In this document: positions 39,704 through 51,251 of the stretch, piece after piece
Position numbering within the stretch: position 1 is the stretch's first letter
Layout: every line of letters starts with the position of its first letter
Assembly (NCBI RefSeq): GCF_000143415.4
Contig: NW_003314261.1
Location: forward strand, 3,216,880-3,280,879
DNA: 64,000 bases
Source: Selaginella moellendorffii
Taxonomy: Eukaryota > Plantae > Lycopodiophyta
Reading direction: 5' to 3'
Notes under the pieces: model-generated
What the model saw: the letters and a program-made list of their open reading frames with translations, nothing else
What the model was told of the DNA's origin: nothing
Database searches by the model: none
Program-made: the position numbers and the translations under genes

Positions 39704-39786
39704 GATCTTATTCCTTGAAGAAGGAAGAGCAAAAGAGGGTAGAGGAGGAAAACAATCTAGCGTTGTAGCACAGCAGCGTCGATTGA

Positions 39787-40758
39787 ATGGCTTCGTGCGA
39801 CAAGGTACCGGCTGGACAGATCCCAAGTTCGCCGGATGATGTTCCTGGAAAGCCCACCACGATGATGTCCAAAATAATGGAGAAGGGTGCCGATATGCTC
39901 CAGTCCCTCGAGCCAGTGAAGCAGATTCAAGAGGTAAGCTTTGTCAAAGTTGTGATTTTTCTCAGAGTTCTTTGGATGTTAATTCTCCTGCAGCACATCT
40001 GTACCTTTGCGTTCTACTCCCACGATATGAAGCGGCAGATTGAAACCCATCACTATGCTTCTCGTGTCAACGAGGACTTTACACAGTGCCTGGTCTTCGA
40101 TCGAGACGACTCTCAGGCTCGTCTCATAGGCAAGCGAGAATTTCTTTCTTTCCTTTTCGTCCGTTACTCACGCCTGGTTTGAGTTCAGGAGTGGAGTACA
40201 TTGTCTCGGATCGCATCTTTGTAACGCTGCCAGACGAGGAAAAGAAGCTTTGGCATTCTCATTCTCACGAGGTAATTTCATTCTCTTTTCCTGGAAAACT
40301 AAGCGGGAAGCTGCTCCTCTCTTTAGATCAAGGCCGGGCTTTGGGTTCACCCAGGCGTGCCCGAGGCCGTCCAAAAGCAGGAACTCCACAAGCTGGCCCC
40401 AACATACGGGAAGTTTTGGTGCACTTGGCAGTTCGATCGAGGCAAGAACATCTTTCCTGGAAAACTCGAGTTTTTATCCTTGTGATCAGGTGACAGGCTT
40501 CCAATGGGACCTCCAGCGCTGATGATGTCGCCGCAGGAGGAATGCCCGGTTGATTCCAAGCTCGTGGAAGCGCGAGACAAGAAATATAACATCTCCACGA
40601 CTGAGAGAGCCGAGTCGAGACGAGATATAGCCGGACTCTCCCGTGTGGATCCTCTGGCCGATCACTGGAAGGCTGGCGGCAAAGGCATGGTCGTGGAGCT
40701 CAAGGAAGTTGATATGGCTCTTCCAGGTCCGTATCCAAGCTCTCAGCTTTCGCTGTGA
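39787..40758 (+). CDS. OBAP2: Oil body-associated protein (DUF1264), 5 exons
   Basis: [64 protein letters not shown]. Confidence 0.92.
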
Positions 40759-40992
40759 TGGGAGAGACGATGATCAAAACTTGGAACTTCCAGGACTCGC
40801 GGAAAGGAAGTAGATCCTGTTTCAAGCTCTCAAACGTTTCGAACTTTCATGTGAGAGATGTGATCAACTTCCCAAGTTCGTGGACAGCAGCCACAAAATA
40901 AAATCCAAAGCCTGGTTTTTCAGCACCATCTATCAGATCTAAAAGTTCGGTTTCTTCTAGCTTCCCCCATTTATTTCGTGGAGGTGGTGTTC

Positions 40993-41477
40993 TTACTTGG
41001 CTTTTGGATGCTTGGCAACGAAATCCACCGCTGCTGGAACCGAGACGAGCTTATCAGCAACTTCGTCGGGGATGTAGAGCACGAATTCCTCCTCGAAACC
41101 CATCACAATCTCCACCACATCCAAGCTATCCAGGCCCAGGTCGTTCATGAAATGGCTGGATTGAGTGAGCTGCGAGGAGACAAAGCACGCATGAACCCTA
41201 AATTCCAGAGAAGCAAATTCTCGATCGATCAATCACTCACTTTGGCTGGATTCACTTTGGGGTGCGCCTTGACGATCATCATCACCCTGTCCAGCGCCTC
41301 CTTCTCGCTGATGCCGTCTTGCGCAGGGGCGGACATCCATCGCCGCCACAGCAATCCCCATCCCCGCCCGGCATCGATCTGGGCGTGTATAGAGGACGAT
41401 GGAGCTGGCGCTGGCGGCGCCAACGCCGCCCTCGATCGAAGCAGCGAGCCACCGCGAGCGGCGATTCTCCTCAGCAT
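40993..41477 (-). CDS. mtACP: Mitochondrial acyl carrier protein; intron 41170-41240
   Basis: Arg-rich presequence; DLGLDSLDVVEIVM phosphopantetheine site; ends HPKAK. Confidence 0.95.
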
Positions 41478-41544
41478 TTTCTTCCCCTAGAGCTCTTTAT
41501 CCCAGTGGAGTCATTCCTATTCTATTCCAATCCAGGCCGCTCAT

Positions 41545-41620
41545 CACGTGGCCTATTCCGAGACCATCTTGGCCGTTGAATCGCTCACCCATAATTTGTG
41601 TATAATCTCTGTATATATTT
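41545..41620 (+). promoter_or_regulatory. G-box and TATA-like element upstream of small Tat-signal gene copy 1
   Basis: CACGTGGC at 41545; TATATAT at 41612. Confidence 0.45.
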
Positions 41621-41681
41621 CGATTTCCATGTACTACAGATAGCGTACTTTATCTATCCTCGCAACAAGAGAGCCTCCGCC

Positions 41682-42025
41682 ATGGTGAGTGCCATTCAGC
41701 CTTTTGCTGCTGCAATCAAGCACAAGGATTTAGCTCTGCCATCGCCACACAAGGTTGTGCTCTAGACTTCACTCCAAAATCTTATCGTCCAAAATCGCTG
41801 GCATGGCCATGGATAATTTTGCAGGATCCTTCTCCGCCCGCGTCGAGTAGCGCCAGGAGAAATGTGGCACTGGGTGTGATTGGGGCTTTTGTTTTGGGGG
41901 CTCTCGCGGTGGAGCGCCCGGACAAAGCTGCCGCGGTTGTCACGGGAGGATCCCGCTTCGTCAGGCCCGAAACGCGAGAGAAAATCCGCGAGGAGATCGA
42001 AGAGGTCAAGAAGAAAAACAAGTAG
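41682..42025 (+). CDS. Small putative thylakoid-lumen protein with twin-arginine signal, copy 1 (2 exons)
   Basis: MVSAIQPF...HK/intron/DPSPPASSSARRNVALGVIGAFVLGALAVERPDKAAA-VVTGG...KKKNK*; structure conserved in copy 2. Confidence 0.72.
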
Positions 42026-42110
42026 AACATCCATCGTCCATTAATATGTAAATCACATCAAGCAAAGCACCAATGGTAAAACATCACAAAATCATCATAG
42101 TAAAACTATG

Positions 42111-42562
42111 TGCTAGAACGCATAGATCGAATCACCGGCTTTAGTGGGAGCCAGGATCTGGTATCTCCAAAGAGAGAGGGAGCCAGGTAACCCCAGATTG
42201 CTCCTCCACTCTTGCTACCAAGTCCAGCAAGCTATTGATCAATCATCTGATTAGTATCATCTAGTATAGACTAAGTTTACTTACAGTTTCCCATACGTGA
42301 TCGTGAGCCCAAACAAGCGAATGGTGACGAGCATTTGAGATTTTCCAAAGTCGTTGTCAGGGGTAATTTGGTGGTGGATTTGCCCAGTCGCGGCAAATGA
42401 AGGAGAAGACATAGTCGCCACCGAGCCTGTTACACCACCTTATGGCTCCAGTCTCCGTGTCGAGTGAAACCACGCATCGTCGCAGAGGGTTGCGTTTGAT
42501 GGGAAGCAATTGGTTCGATTTCGAGGCATGCTTGGACAGAGGCTGGAACCGTGTAGAGATTT
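42111..42562 (-). pseudogene. Collapsed fragment of the PQQ-type beta-propeller gene
   Basis: Collinear patches of 55304-56155 (VSLDTETGAIRWCNRLGGDYVFSFICRD) including the intron, with many deletions. Confidence 0.9.
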
Positions 42563-42696
42563 TCTCCTCATCCTCTAGCTCTTTTCTAGTCCAATCCAGG
42601 CCGCTCATCATATTCCGAGACCATCCTGGCCGTCGAGTCGCTCACTCATACTTCTAGAGATAGGTACTTTATCCTTGCAACAAGCGAGCCTCCGCC

Positions 42697-43028
42697 ATGG
42701 TGAGTGTCATCCAGCCATTCGCTACTGCAATCAAGCACAAGGATTTAGCTCCAGGCAAGGTTGTCCTCTAGACTTTACTTGAAAATCTTATCGCCCAAAT
42801 CACCGGCATTGCCTTTGCGCTGCAATGCAGGATGCACCTCCGAGTAGCGCGAGGAGAAATGTGGCATTGGGTGTGATTGGGGCTTTTGTTTTGGGCGCTC
42901 TCGCGGTCGAGTGCCCGGACAACGCTGCCGCGGTTGTCACGGGAGGATCCCGCTTCGTCAGGCCAGAAATTCGAGAGAAACTCCGCGAAGGGATCGAAAA
43001 GGTCAAGAAGAAACACAAGAAAAAGTAG
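42697..43028 (+). CDS. Small putative thylakoid-lumen Tat-signal protein, copy 2 (2 exons)
   Basis: Paralogue of 41682-42025 with the same intron position and open frame. Confidence 0.62.
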
Positions 43029-43040
43029 AAACATCCGTAA

Positions 43041-43045
<5 letters not shown>

Positions 43046-43081
<36 letters not shown>
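43046..43081. repeat. (TA)18 microsatellite
   Basis: Seen directly. Confidence 0.97.
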
Positions 43082-43084
<3 letters not shown>

Positions 43085-43099
43085 CCCATCGCAAAAGCT

Positions 43100-44527
43100 T
43101 TAAAATTTGCCAGTGAAACCACGACCCTGGAATGGCAGGAATGAAACACGAGGAGCATCCACTCCACCACTGCCGCCACCTCCAATTCCATCCGATAAGT
43201 CCTTGAAAGCTTTGTGCCCGAACCTCTCCACGTCCTCTGCAAGCATCAGCACCACCTCCTTGGTGACATTGTGAATAGAGGCGTTGCACACCATTGACAA
43301 CCAGCGTCTCGTTGGCGAGGCCGTAAGATCATCGTTGAGCTGCCGGAAGCGAACGGTGGGCGAGAGTGCGACCCAGAGATCAAGCTTGAGTTTCTTGTCC
43401 AGCTCCGTCATGGTGTCGTTGACGAATCGTGCTTTCCCCTGGCATTGCACGGCCTTGTCAATCTGCTGCTTGAGTGTGTACTTGGAGATGTCGCTCCACA
43501 TGTAGACCGCCGAGAGACCATTCCTGGAGCCTGCAAAACTGGTGTCTGGAGTCCCACTATAGTTCGGATTGCTCGGTGGGTTCAGTTGGTATCTGGCGTC
43601 CAAGGAAGAGTCATAACTTTCGCCAATGCAATGGAAGAACAGATCACCTTGTCTTGGACATGAAAATGCCGCATGGAACCAGTGCACCTATCCACTTGTG
43701 CCCGCTCATTGCGATGGAATGCACAGCGTCCAGGCTGAGATCAAACTCGGGGGCGACTGCCACAGCGCAACCCCACGAAGGTGGGGAAGTTGACGTGTCG
43801 GGCCCTCTTTGCAAACGAGTAGTGCGTGTCCTCCGAGTAGAACGCAACCGGCGAGAAGTAGTTCTCGCAAAACTCTTCTCAGCACTCTGGGAATGGAGCC
43901 GTGCTCCTCCTGGCTCGGGCAGGCTTGGCATTTGGAGGCACGGCTGCTTGGCGAAAGACAAGCCGTGGAGACGCCGCCACTTTCTTTTTGTCTACACCGG
44001 ATTCCATGAGGAGGATTTTGCCACCGAGAAAATCTCGGGCATTCCACAGCGTGTTGCCTTTGGGAATCCGTAATAGCTCTTCCCTTCCTCGTCACCCTTC
44101 GCGTTCCACAGTGATGCGTAGTAGTCGAGCACAGGGCGCACCATGAATTTGGTGTTGGTGGAAATGCGGTCTCGTGGAATGTTGTTGATCTGGGGTCATA
44201 GTAACCAGCCAATCATACAAACATTTGACCACGATCACTTACATGCACGCCGAGGAAGTCATTCAGTTCGTCAATCTTCTGGTTGGCCTGGACCATGAAC
44301 CGGGGTAGCTGCTGCTTCAGATAGGCGAGCGTCCTGGTGAGCGTCTCCTTGCGGGCTTGCAGACGGTCGGCTGGATGTTCTTCGAGATTGCCGTCCGTCA
44401 AGCTGGACGCAAGATCGAAGTTGACACCCTCGAGAGCTTTCCGTGGTGGGAGGGGAATCCCGCTGCGCGGGTACCATGGATGGATGGTCTTGGCGACCAG
44501 CGAGATTGTCGTAGGGTCGTTGTCCAT
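43100..44527 (-). pseudogene. Decayed group II PLP-dependent (histidine decarboxylase-like) decarboxylase of non-SDC1 type
   Basis: VQANQ...GVH/intron/INNI, VLDYYASLWNA, LWNARDFL, PVAFYSEDTHYS, HSIAMSGHKWIG (PLP Lys), PDTSFAGSRNG; frameshifts and a large central deletion. Confidence 0.82.
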
Positions 44528-45344
44528 GGCGATTCTTCCAAACAGAGAACTTCACGTAAGTTTCAATGTTGTTTTCTCATAGTTCTCTCTTTTAAGTTTT
44601 ACTTTGTCTCACTCGTTTCGGGGAGGATTGCTGTTCTACCCGATCGGATGCTGGATCGTTGAAGCTCCAAAGCTGTAGACCAAGAGCATATGCGCCAAAT
44701 ACCAAGAGTCATGCCTGGCTCACAGGTTCGTCTTTGAGACTTTCACTTGCTAGAATTTCTAGGTGCTGGCAGGACGATCTTTTCAGAACAGTTACGTTGG
44801 ACGCACAAGTCATCGCCCTCGGAAGTTAGGTCTCGAGAGTTGGAGGGGTTTTGGGAGAGGAAGATCCTTTCGTCGGACTCGAAGCTTTCAGTGTCTTCTC
44901 TTCCGGCAAGTTTCTCGGCTGACGCCACGACCAAGTGGCCCGATTTTAGATTCTTTCCAAAGCGGAAGGTGTTTGCGAGAGCATTTTCCGCCGAGGCTCG
45001 CGACGTAGCAGTGGAGATGCGAGCGCTCTTGCCGGGAGGCCCAAGCAACTACGATGGTCGAGAGTTCGCCAAGGATATGCTCAAGGGTTTGACAGCGAGG
45101 CAATTCGCACAGCTTAGCAAAAGTTTGCGACGTCGACGTCTACCACTTCCTCAGCTATGGCGAGCTGGAGGAAGGGCCGGTAAGTCTGGGCGAGCAGCCG
45201 CGAGCAGCGCTATCCCAGCACAGCATGGAGTCCCGTGATCAAGAACAGGAGGGATCTCTACTGGCGGAGCTAGACCGAGCATGGCAAGAAGAAAATTTAA
45301 GAAGTGGAAGACTGAAAACTTCGCATTCTTCGTCGAGATCCTGG
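44484..45344 (+). repeat. 861-bp near-identical segmental duplication, copy A
   Basis: Matches 51252-52112 at offset 6768; ORF translations identical. Confidence 0.95.
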
Positions 45345-45759
45345 CTGAGAAGCAGCAGCTCAAGGCACTGATTGGCAGAAGACATAGCATAGACAAGAAG
45401 AGCTCGACAAAAGAGCTGAGACGACGAACGCTGGTCCTCTCATTCCTCTTTATTGTCTAACGTCTTTCATTTAAACAAGACTCCGGAGAACAAAGCGAAG
45501 TTACTCTTTCTCTCCAAACTTTTCTACCAACAGAATCTTATTGATTTGCCTGGGCTTGCAAAGGACAGCAATCTACATAGTTAACGTTCTAGACTACAAA
45601 CGCCCAAACTTACACATTCACTTTGGAAACGACTAATAAAGTTTATTTTCCTGCCTGCAAAATCTATGAGGAGAAGAAAAAAAGGAAAAATAAAAACACA
45701 AAAAAAAATTTAAAAAATCCAGGGGAAAGCACTGCAGGCTGTGGAAAGAAACACTTAGA

Positions 45760-45819
45760 GACGAGCTTTTGCGATTACCACATGAGCAGCTGCTCATGTG
45801 GTAATCGCAAAAGCTCGTC
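45760..45819. repeat. Perfect 60-bp palindrome with no spacer
   Basis: gacgagcttttgcgattaccacatgagcag|ctgctcatgtggtaatcgcaaaagctcgtc. Confidence 0.97.
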
Positions 45820-46413
45820 ACTGCATCATCGCTTCCAATGATTGACAGACTGTCTGCAATCTCTGACAACTAAGAAGAGCAACACCTACATTACAATCAC
45901 AAACCTCTCTCCAAAGTTTTCTCGTGCGAGGCAGATTGTGTACCCCGGGTCCGATCCAAGGCGCGAGTACTGTCCAGATCGGATGATATTTCCCACCAGC
46001 TGGCTGTACAAATTCCGCACAAAAAGAATCAAGCACGCTGCAAGCAAAGTCCCTTACAAAAGTAGAGTACACATTATCGTCAAGAACGCGACCAGCACCT
46101 GGATCGCCACACAGTAGCTAACAATCGCTCGAAAGCTTTGACAGACCATTTTGAGTTTTCTGCTTGTTCAACAGCATCACCGTCGTCAGTGTCCGCTTCC
46201 TGAATCATCGATGTTCGTGCCCTCTCTCATGAGCATTTCAGGCCTTGGAACCTTCCGTCAACTTCGTGATCGAAAGGAAGAAGGAAATCCATCAAAACTT
46301 TCAAACCATCGACCGCTATAGAATATTCTCTGTATTATATCGGGCGAGGGTCGAACCCACGACCTAGGTTGAGCTGTTGGATCGTTTAAAGTTGGCCAAT
46401 TTGGGGGTCTGGA

Positions 46414-47488
46414 ATGGAGGAGCAGGCGAATGTGGATAGCCTCTTCAAGGGTGTGAAAGTGCCGCCGCGCTTGAGAGAAGCCGTGGATGCCACGCTCGAG
46501 TTGCGGAGGGTCATCTCCGCCTTCAGGCAGAGTTGCTTCTTCTCTGTGGAGGGTGGAGCTCTGTTCGAGACAATTCAAGCGTGGTACGTGAAGAAATACG
46601 TGCCCAGTTCCAACCTGAAGGAGTACCCCAAGGTACACACTGTTTTTCTCGCTGTAGAGTTTAATTTGCTGCTTTAGGACCTGGAGGAAAGGAACCCATA
46701 TGCACGGTATAAGACTCAATTCCCAAAGGCTGCAAGGGCGTGGTCCTCAAAGCTGGATTTCTTGCTTGATGAAATCCCGCTCTGCAACTCATCGCTGCAG
46801 TCGCTTGAGCGATGTACGTTTCCCTCGCAGCCAGATGAAAATACTGACAAAAAGAACAACAGGGACTGTAAGTGCAGCGGAGCTGGAGCAGCTCCTGCTA
46901 GACCTGGGTGACGGCGGAAGGCTTGCTCCTCTTATTACTGTGTGCCCTTACCTTACACACTTGGAGAACGTCTACATGGCCGTGTTAGACGCGCGGCTGT
47001 GGCTCAGCTATTCAGAGCTTCCTGTCGAACCTCTTCGGAACAGCGGATCATGTGAGTGAGCCTTCAGCATTCTTGACTTTTTAGTTGCTCATGCATGGTT
47101 TATAGACAAGGCAATTCGTATGGGGTCCGCTCGACCTGTGCGGCAGCTGCAGGGCAAGCCTCCCTCCTCCTTCTACGCCCTCGAGATGCAGCTTGAAGCG
47201 AGCAACTACTTGGGCATTCTCAGCGACCCGGGTTCGACGGTGTACTACGTGACGCCAATGGATTTTGAGCCAGGGAGACGCGGCTGTTACATGGCGAGGA
47301 TGTTGAGATTGGGGCGGGGCGTCATGCGCAAGCGCGGGATGTCACCAAAACAGCTTGCTGCAAGCCTGGCTGCAACGCCCATTGATGATAAGGAGTTCAA
47401 GGACCGCTTCCTCAAGCACAATAAGATGACAGAAACATCTTCCATGGCCAAGCTCCTGGCTCACCGCATATACGACATCGGTGTCTAG
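46414..47488 (+). pseudogene. Unknown multi-exon gene or pseudogene
   Basis: Coding-like GC-rich blocks separated by GT-AG introns (e.g. 46633-46677); one intron appears collapsed to 17 nt and the frame does not join cleanly; no recognised domain. Confidence 0.4.
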
Positions 47489-47832
47489 CGGCATGTTTTG
47501 TTTCTGCTTGTGTGGTCTTTCTTTCAGTTGCTGCTCCTTGTCAGCTTTTATCCAGATCTTTTTTAAGATTGAATAGCCACTGGACCTTCATGCACCGTTT
47601 GTGATCTTTATTTATAACAAAAAGGTATAAAGGTATCATGTCTACAGCTTGAGGTAACAACTGAACTCTATAAATTAAATAATTGATATTATTTAATAGT
47701 ATTATGAGCGAAGTGTATGTAGCGGGATTTTGATACTTGTTCTGTTTAATTAGTTTTAATTTAGACCACTCATTTCTATATATAAACTAAGGTTTTTGGG
47801 TTAATTGATATATACATTTTTATATTCCAAAA

Positions 47833-48845
47833 TGTGCAAGCTTAAAAAGCCTTTATATGGATTAAAGTAGTTTCCACGGCAGTGGTATGAGAAGATGAAT
47901 GGTTATCTCCTCTCCATCGGTTTTGTGAGTTTCAGCAGATTCTAATGTTTATCTTTGCAAGTCAGGTACGACATATATTTATCTTGCACTCTATGTAGAC
48001 GATTGTCTACTAGTCGGTCCAACTCGCATAGCTTTGCAGCAGCTCAAGCATGAGCTACAGGCACGATTTAAGATGGCGGATCTTGGATCAGTGAAATATT
48101 GTTTGGGGATAAGTTTATATGCAACAGGCAGGCTGGTATCATACAATTATCTCAGCAGAAATATGTTGACGATATCTTGGAGAGGTTTCATCTTGCTGAG
48201 TTGAATGAAGGGTCAACTCCTATGGAAGCTGGCCTCCATCTCAGCAAAGATCAAGTCCCACAAACAGTTGAGAAATGCGAGAAGATAAAGCACATACCAT
48301 GGTTGGCAGCTTGGTCTGCACACAGCCAGATTTGGCTTTTTCAGTGGGAGCAGTGTCCCAGTTTCTCAAGACTCCAGGATTTCCCCATTGGTTGGCAGTC
48401 AAACGCATCTTTCGCTACTTGAAGGGGACCTGACATTATGCACTCATGTACTCCAAAGTCCCAGCAGGTATGCAACTGTTTGGCTTCACGGATAGGTGAG
48501 GTTGAGCAGCCAGGTTATATTTTTAGTCTCGGCAGCGGCGCTATCACATGGTCCAGTAAGCGACAGTCAACTATAGCGTTATCGTCGACCGAAGCAGAGT
48601 GTATGTTGCAGCTACTCAAGCAGCGAAGGAATGTTGCTGGCTACGACAGCTTTTGGACGGCATCGGCTATTCTCAGCTAGCGCCAACGGTTATTTTTGGC
48701 GATAACCAGGGTGCTATCGCACTCACCAAGAATCCCAGGTAACATATCCAGGTGCAGTTCCATTATATTCGAGATCAAGTGAACCGAGCTCATCCATTGT
48801 GGAACAACAGAGCAGGTTGCAGATATTTTTACCAAGGCATTACCT
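47833..48845 (+). mobile_element. Degenerate Ty1/copia reverse transcriptase-RNase H fragment
   Basis: CKLKKPLYGLK, LALYVDD, SQQKY, ITWSSKRQSTIALSSTEAE, DNQGAIAL, QVADIFTK; stops and frameshifts. Confidence 0.92.
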
Positions 48846-49040
48846 CCAGGGATTCCAGTGCTGTGGTGCTACTGCAAGCCTTGAGAGCAGCCACGAAGCT
48901 CAAGACGTCGTGCTCGCAGCCCTGGGAGTCCAAGCACGAGAAGAGCTCCAGCGCCATCTCTCCCTCTCCACAGTCTGCGTATCCCATCATCAAAGAGTTC
49001 CACGAAACCACGTCCCTGTGCCTCATCTCTGATAAGGATG
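48846..49040 (-). pseudogene. PPR fragment
   Basis: RDVVSWNSLMMGYADCGEGEMALELF...SFVAALKACSS. Confidence 0.75.
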
Positions 49041-49184
49041 AACAGAGTCTCGTTCATCACAAGAGGCTACAAAGGAACACATACCCCCTTCGATGTCCCC
49101 TAACTGCCTACCGCGCCTCTAGAGAGCTCTGGAGAATATGCTATGCCAGCATATTCATATCACTCCCACTCGAGCACTAAGGTG

Positions 49185-49433
49185 CTCGCTCAAGGAGCTC
49201 TCTCACGCCAAGTGCTTCTCAGCTGCGAGGAATCGATCGAGCCAAGCGATCTGTCAGTGGTCAAGAACTGCCTGCTAGATCTCTACGGAAAATGCGGGAG
49301 CATGGTCGACGCTCAGATCGTTTTTGATTCGCTGGAGACGAGAAGCTCGCTCAACTGGAGCTCGGTGGTGGCAGGATATGGCCGCAAGGGAGACGCTCAC
49401 TGGGTTTTAGAGATGTTTGACAATATGAATTGA
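49185..49433 (+). pseudogene. PPR fragment
   Basis: NCLLDLYGKCGSMVDAQIVFD...WSSVVAGY. Confidence 0.75.
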
Positions 49434-49584
49434 CTGCTTAGGGCTAACTACCTAACTGTTGACCAATATTATTTACAATGAATCAATGTTTTTTTGTTTT
49501 CTCCCAACTTTGGAGCACAGACGAGGATGGAGAAGCTACTTCAAACGATCATCCTGGCGAGCCGCGAGAGCTGTCCACCAATTC

Positions 49585-50697
49585 TCACAAGCTCTTGGAT
49601 CTCTTCTTGACGATCCGGCGAAGAACCACCAGTCTGGCCCTCCGGATGTCCCTGCTGCAGCGATCGACGTGCTCCTCCAGTTCGTCCAGATCCCGGATGA
49701 ATGCGCTCTGCCGGCTCTTGAGCTGCTCTACCACCAGATGCATGCCAAAGCCGTCCGCGTGCCTCTGCCCAAACTGTATGCAGTGGACGATCGATTCCAT
49801 GGAGTTCCTGAGGCTGTTGATGAGCGCTCGTATCGTGTCCATCTCCTTGATCGTCACAAACGTCTTGAAGTTCGCTTCTCTCATCAGATCCCGGCGTGCC
49901 TGGAGCTCCTTCTCGTACTTGGTGAGGAAGGACTTGATCCATCTTCCCAGGGTCTCGAGTGGCATCGACGATACCGCTGCCACCGCCCCTACGATCGCTG
50001 GGACTGTCATCACCGCCGCCACCACCGCACAGATCACCAGCGCCGCGCAAGTCGCAGCGTAGATGATCGTCGACACCTTCGTCCAGCCGCGGACATACCG
50101 CAGCTTCCTGTCCAGCGACTTCTTCTTCGCCTGAAGCTTTCTCTGCAGCTCCATCTGCTTCTGGTAGACGGTCTGGAACTTGTCCATGAACTCGTCCGTG
50201 AAGGGGTTGCCGGCGTCCACGTACTGGTTGAGCTCTTTGAGAATTGCCTGGCACTGCTCCTCGTTTGGATCTCCTTCGCTGGGCATCATGTTGATCGCTA
50301 CCTGGATCGACATCTGGTTCTCCCTGGCCTGTTTGATACACTTGTTGAGCTCCTCGCAAAAGTCTAGCGTAGCCATGCTGTTGTCGAAGTAGTCCTTCAC
50401 CAGCTCAAACAGCGAGTCGCTTGCCCACACGTCCTTCTTGTAGTTGAGAATTACGTTCACAACCTCCTGGTCGAGCTCTAAAAAGCTGGTGGTCACATCC
50501 TTTAACGATTGGAATGAAAGTCCCCTCTCGTCCACCCCGGCCACCATGCTCTGGAGCACCCTCTCTGTTCGTTCCTTGAGCCCATCCCCAAATTTTCTCA
50601 CGTCTGGATCCATGGCACATACTCTCTCGTACTCGCTGAGATCTATGCTGCTCAAACTTTCTCCCGGCGAGAGTGACCGGCTGCTCTGGTTACCCAT
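49585..50697 (-). CDS. UPF0496 / DUF677 family protein, intronless CDS
   Basis: MGN N-terminus, LSFQSLKDVT, LVKDYFDNS..TLDFC, AGNPFT, central hydrophobic segment, ELEEHVDRCSRDIRRAR. Confidence 0.92.
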   Translation of the reverse strand: MGNQSSRSLSPGESLSSIDLSEYERVCAMDPDVRKFGDGLKERTERVLQSMVAGVDERGLSFQSLKDVTTSFLELDQEVVNVILNYKKDVWASDSLFELVKDYFDNSMATLDFCEELNKCIKQARENQMSIQVAINMMPSEGDPNEEQCQAILKELNQYVDAGNPFTDEFMDKFQTVYQKQMELQRKLQAKKKSLDRKLRYVRGWTKVSTIIYAATCAALVICAVVAAVMTVPAIVGAVAAVSSMPLETLGRWIKSFLTKYEKELQARRDLMREANFKTFVTIKEMDTIRALINSLRNSMESIVHCIQFGQRHADGFGMHLVVEQLKSRQSAFIRDLDELEEHVDRCSRDIRRARLVVLRRIVKKRSKSL

Positions 50698-51251
50698 TTC
50701 TTCTTTTTCCTTGCCCTGTTCTAAATTCCTGTAGGCCTACCAGATTGACAGTTCTAACTACCATCCAATCCCCTCGACTCCAACTCACATTGGCACCTTT
50801 TGTGAGAAGGTATGTGCATGAGATTTTCATCCTTACCTCTCACTTTGGTAATAGGCAGGTGCGGCGGTTGATCTCGTGCGCTATGGAATCGGCGCTTGCC
50901 ACAGCAATGGAATCCCGTTCGATGCAAATGCAGCACCCGATGAGTTGGCCGAGCTTCTGTAAGCTTCTAATTGTTTATTTTTTCTTATTTAAAGCTTGTG
51001 TTCTTCACAGCTGGACGGCGAACTCCTGACGAAAGACTCGTAGTATCGAGAACAAAATCATGGACTTGTGCTACCGTTCCTGGTCCATAGCGTTGAGTTG
51101 TGTTGTGATCTGGCCCAGATGCTCCTAACTGGATTAAGACTGGTAAGAAGGTTTCCAATATAGTCAGACGAATTTTGAATTTTCTTTTTTTTTTTCCTCT
51201 CTCTTTTCCTTTAGATTTTCTTTTTGAGTGACGAGAGCAAACAGTCGCCTT

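Noticed and set aside
44747-45460. 163-aa ORF and a faint DP/E2F-like resemblance downstream
   Set aside because: Frameshifted, no convincing motif.
49459-50367. 302-aa plus-strand ORF
   Set aside because: Antisense shadow of UPF0496.
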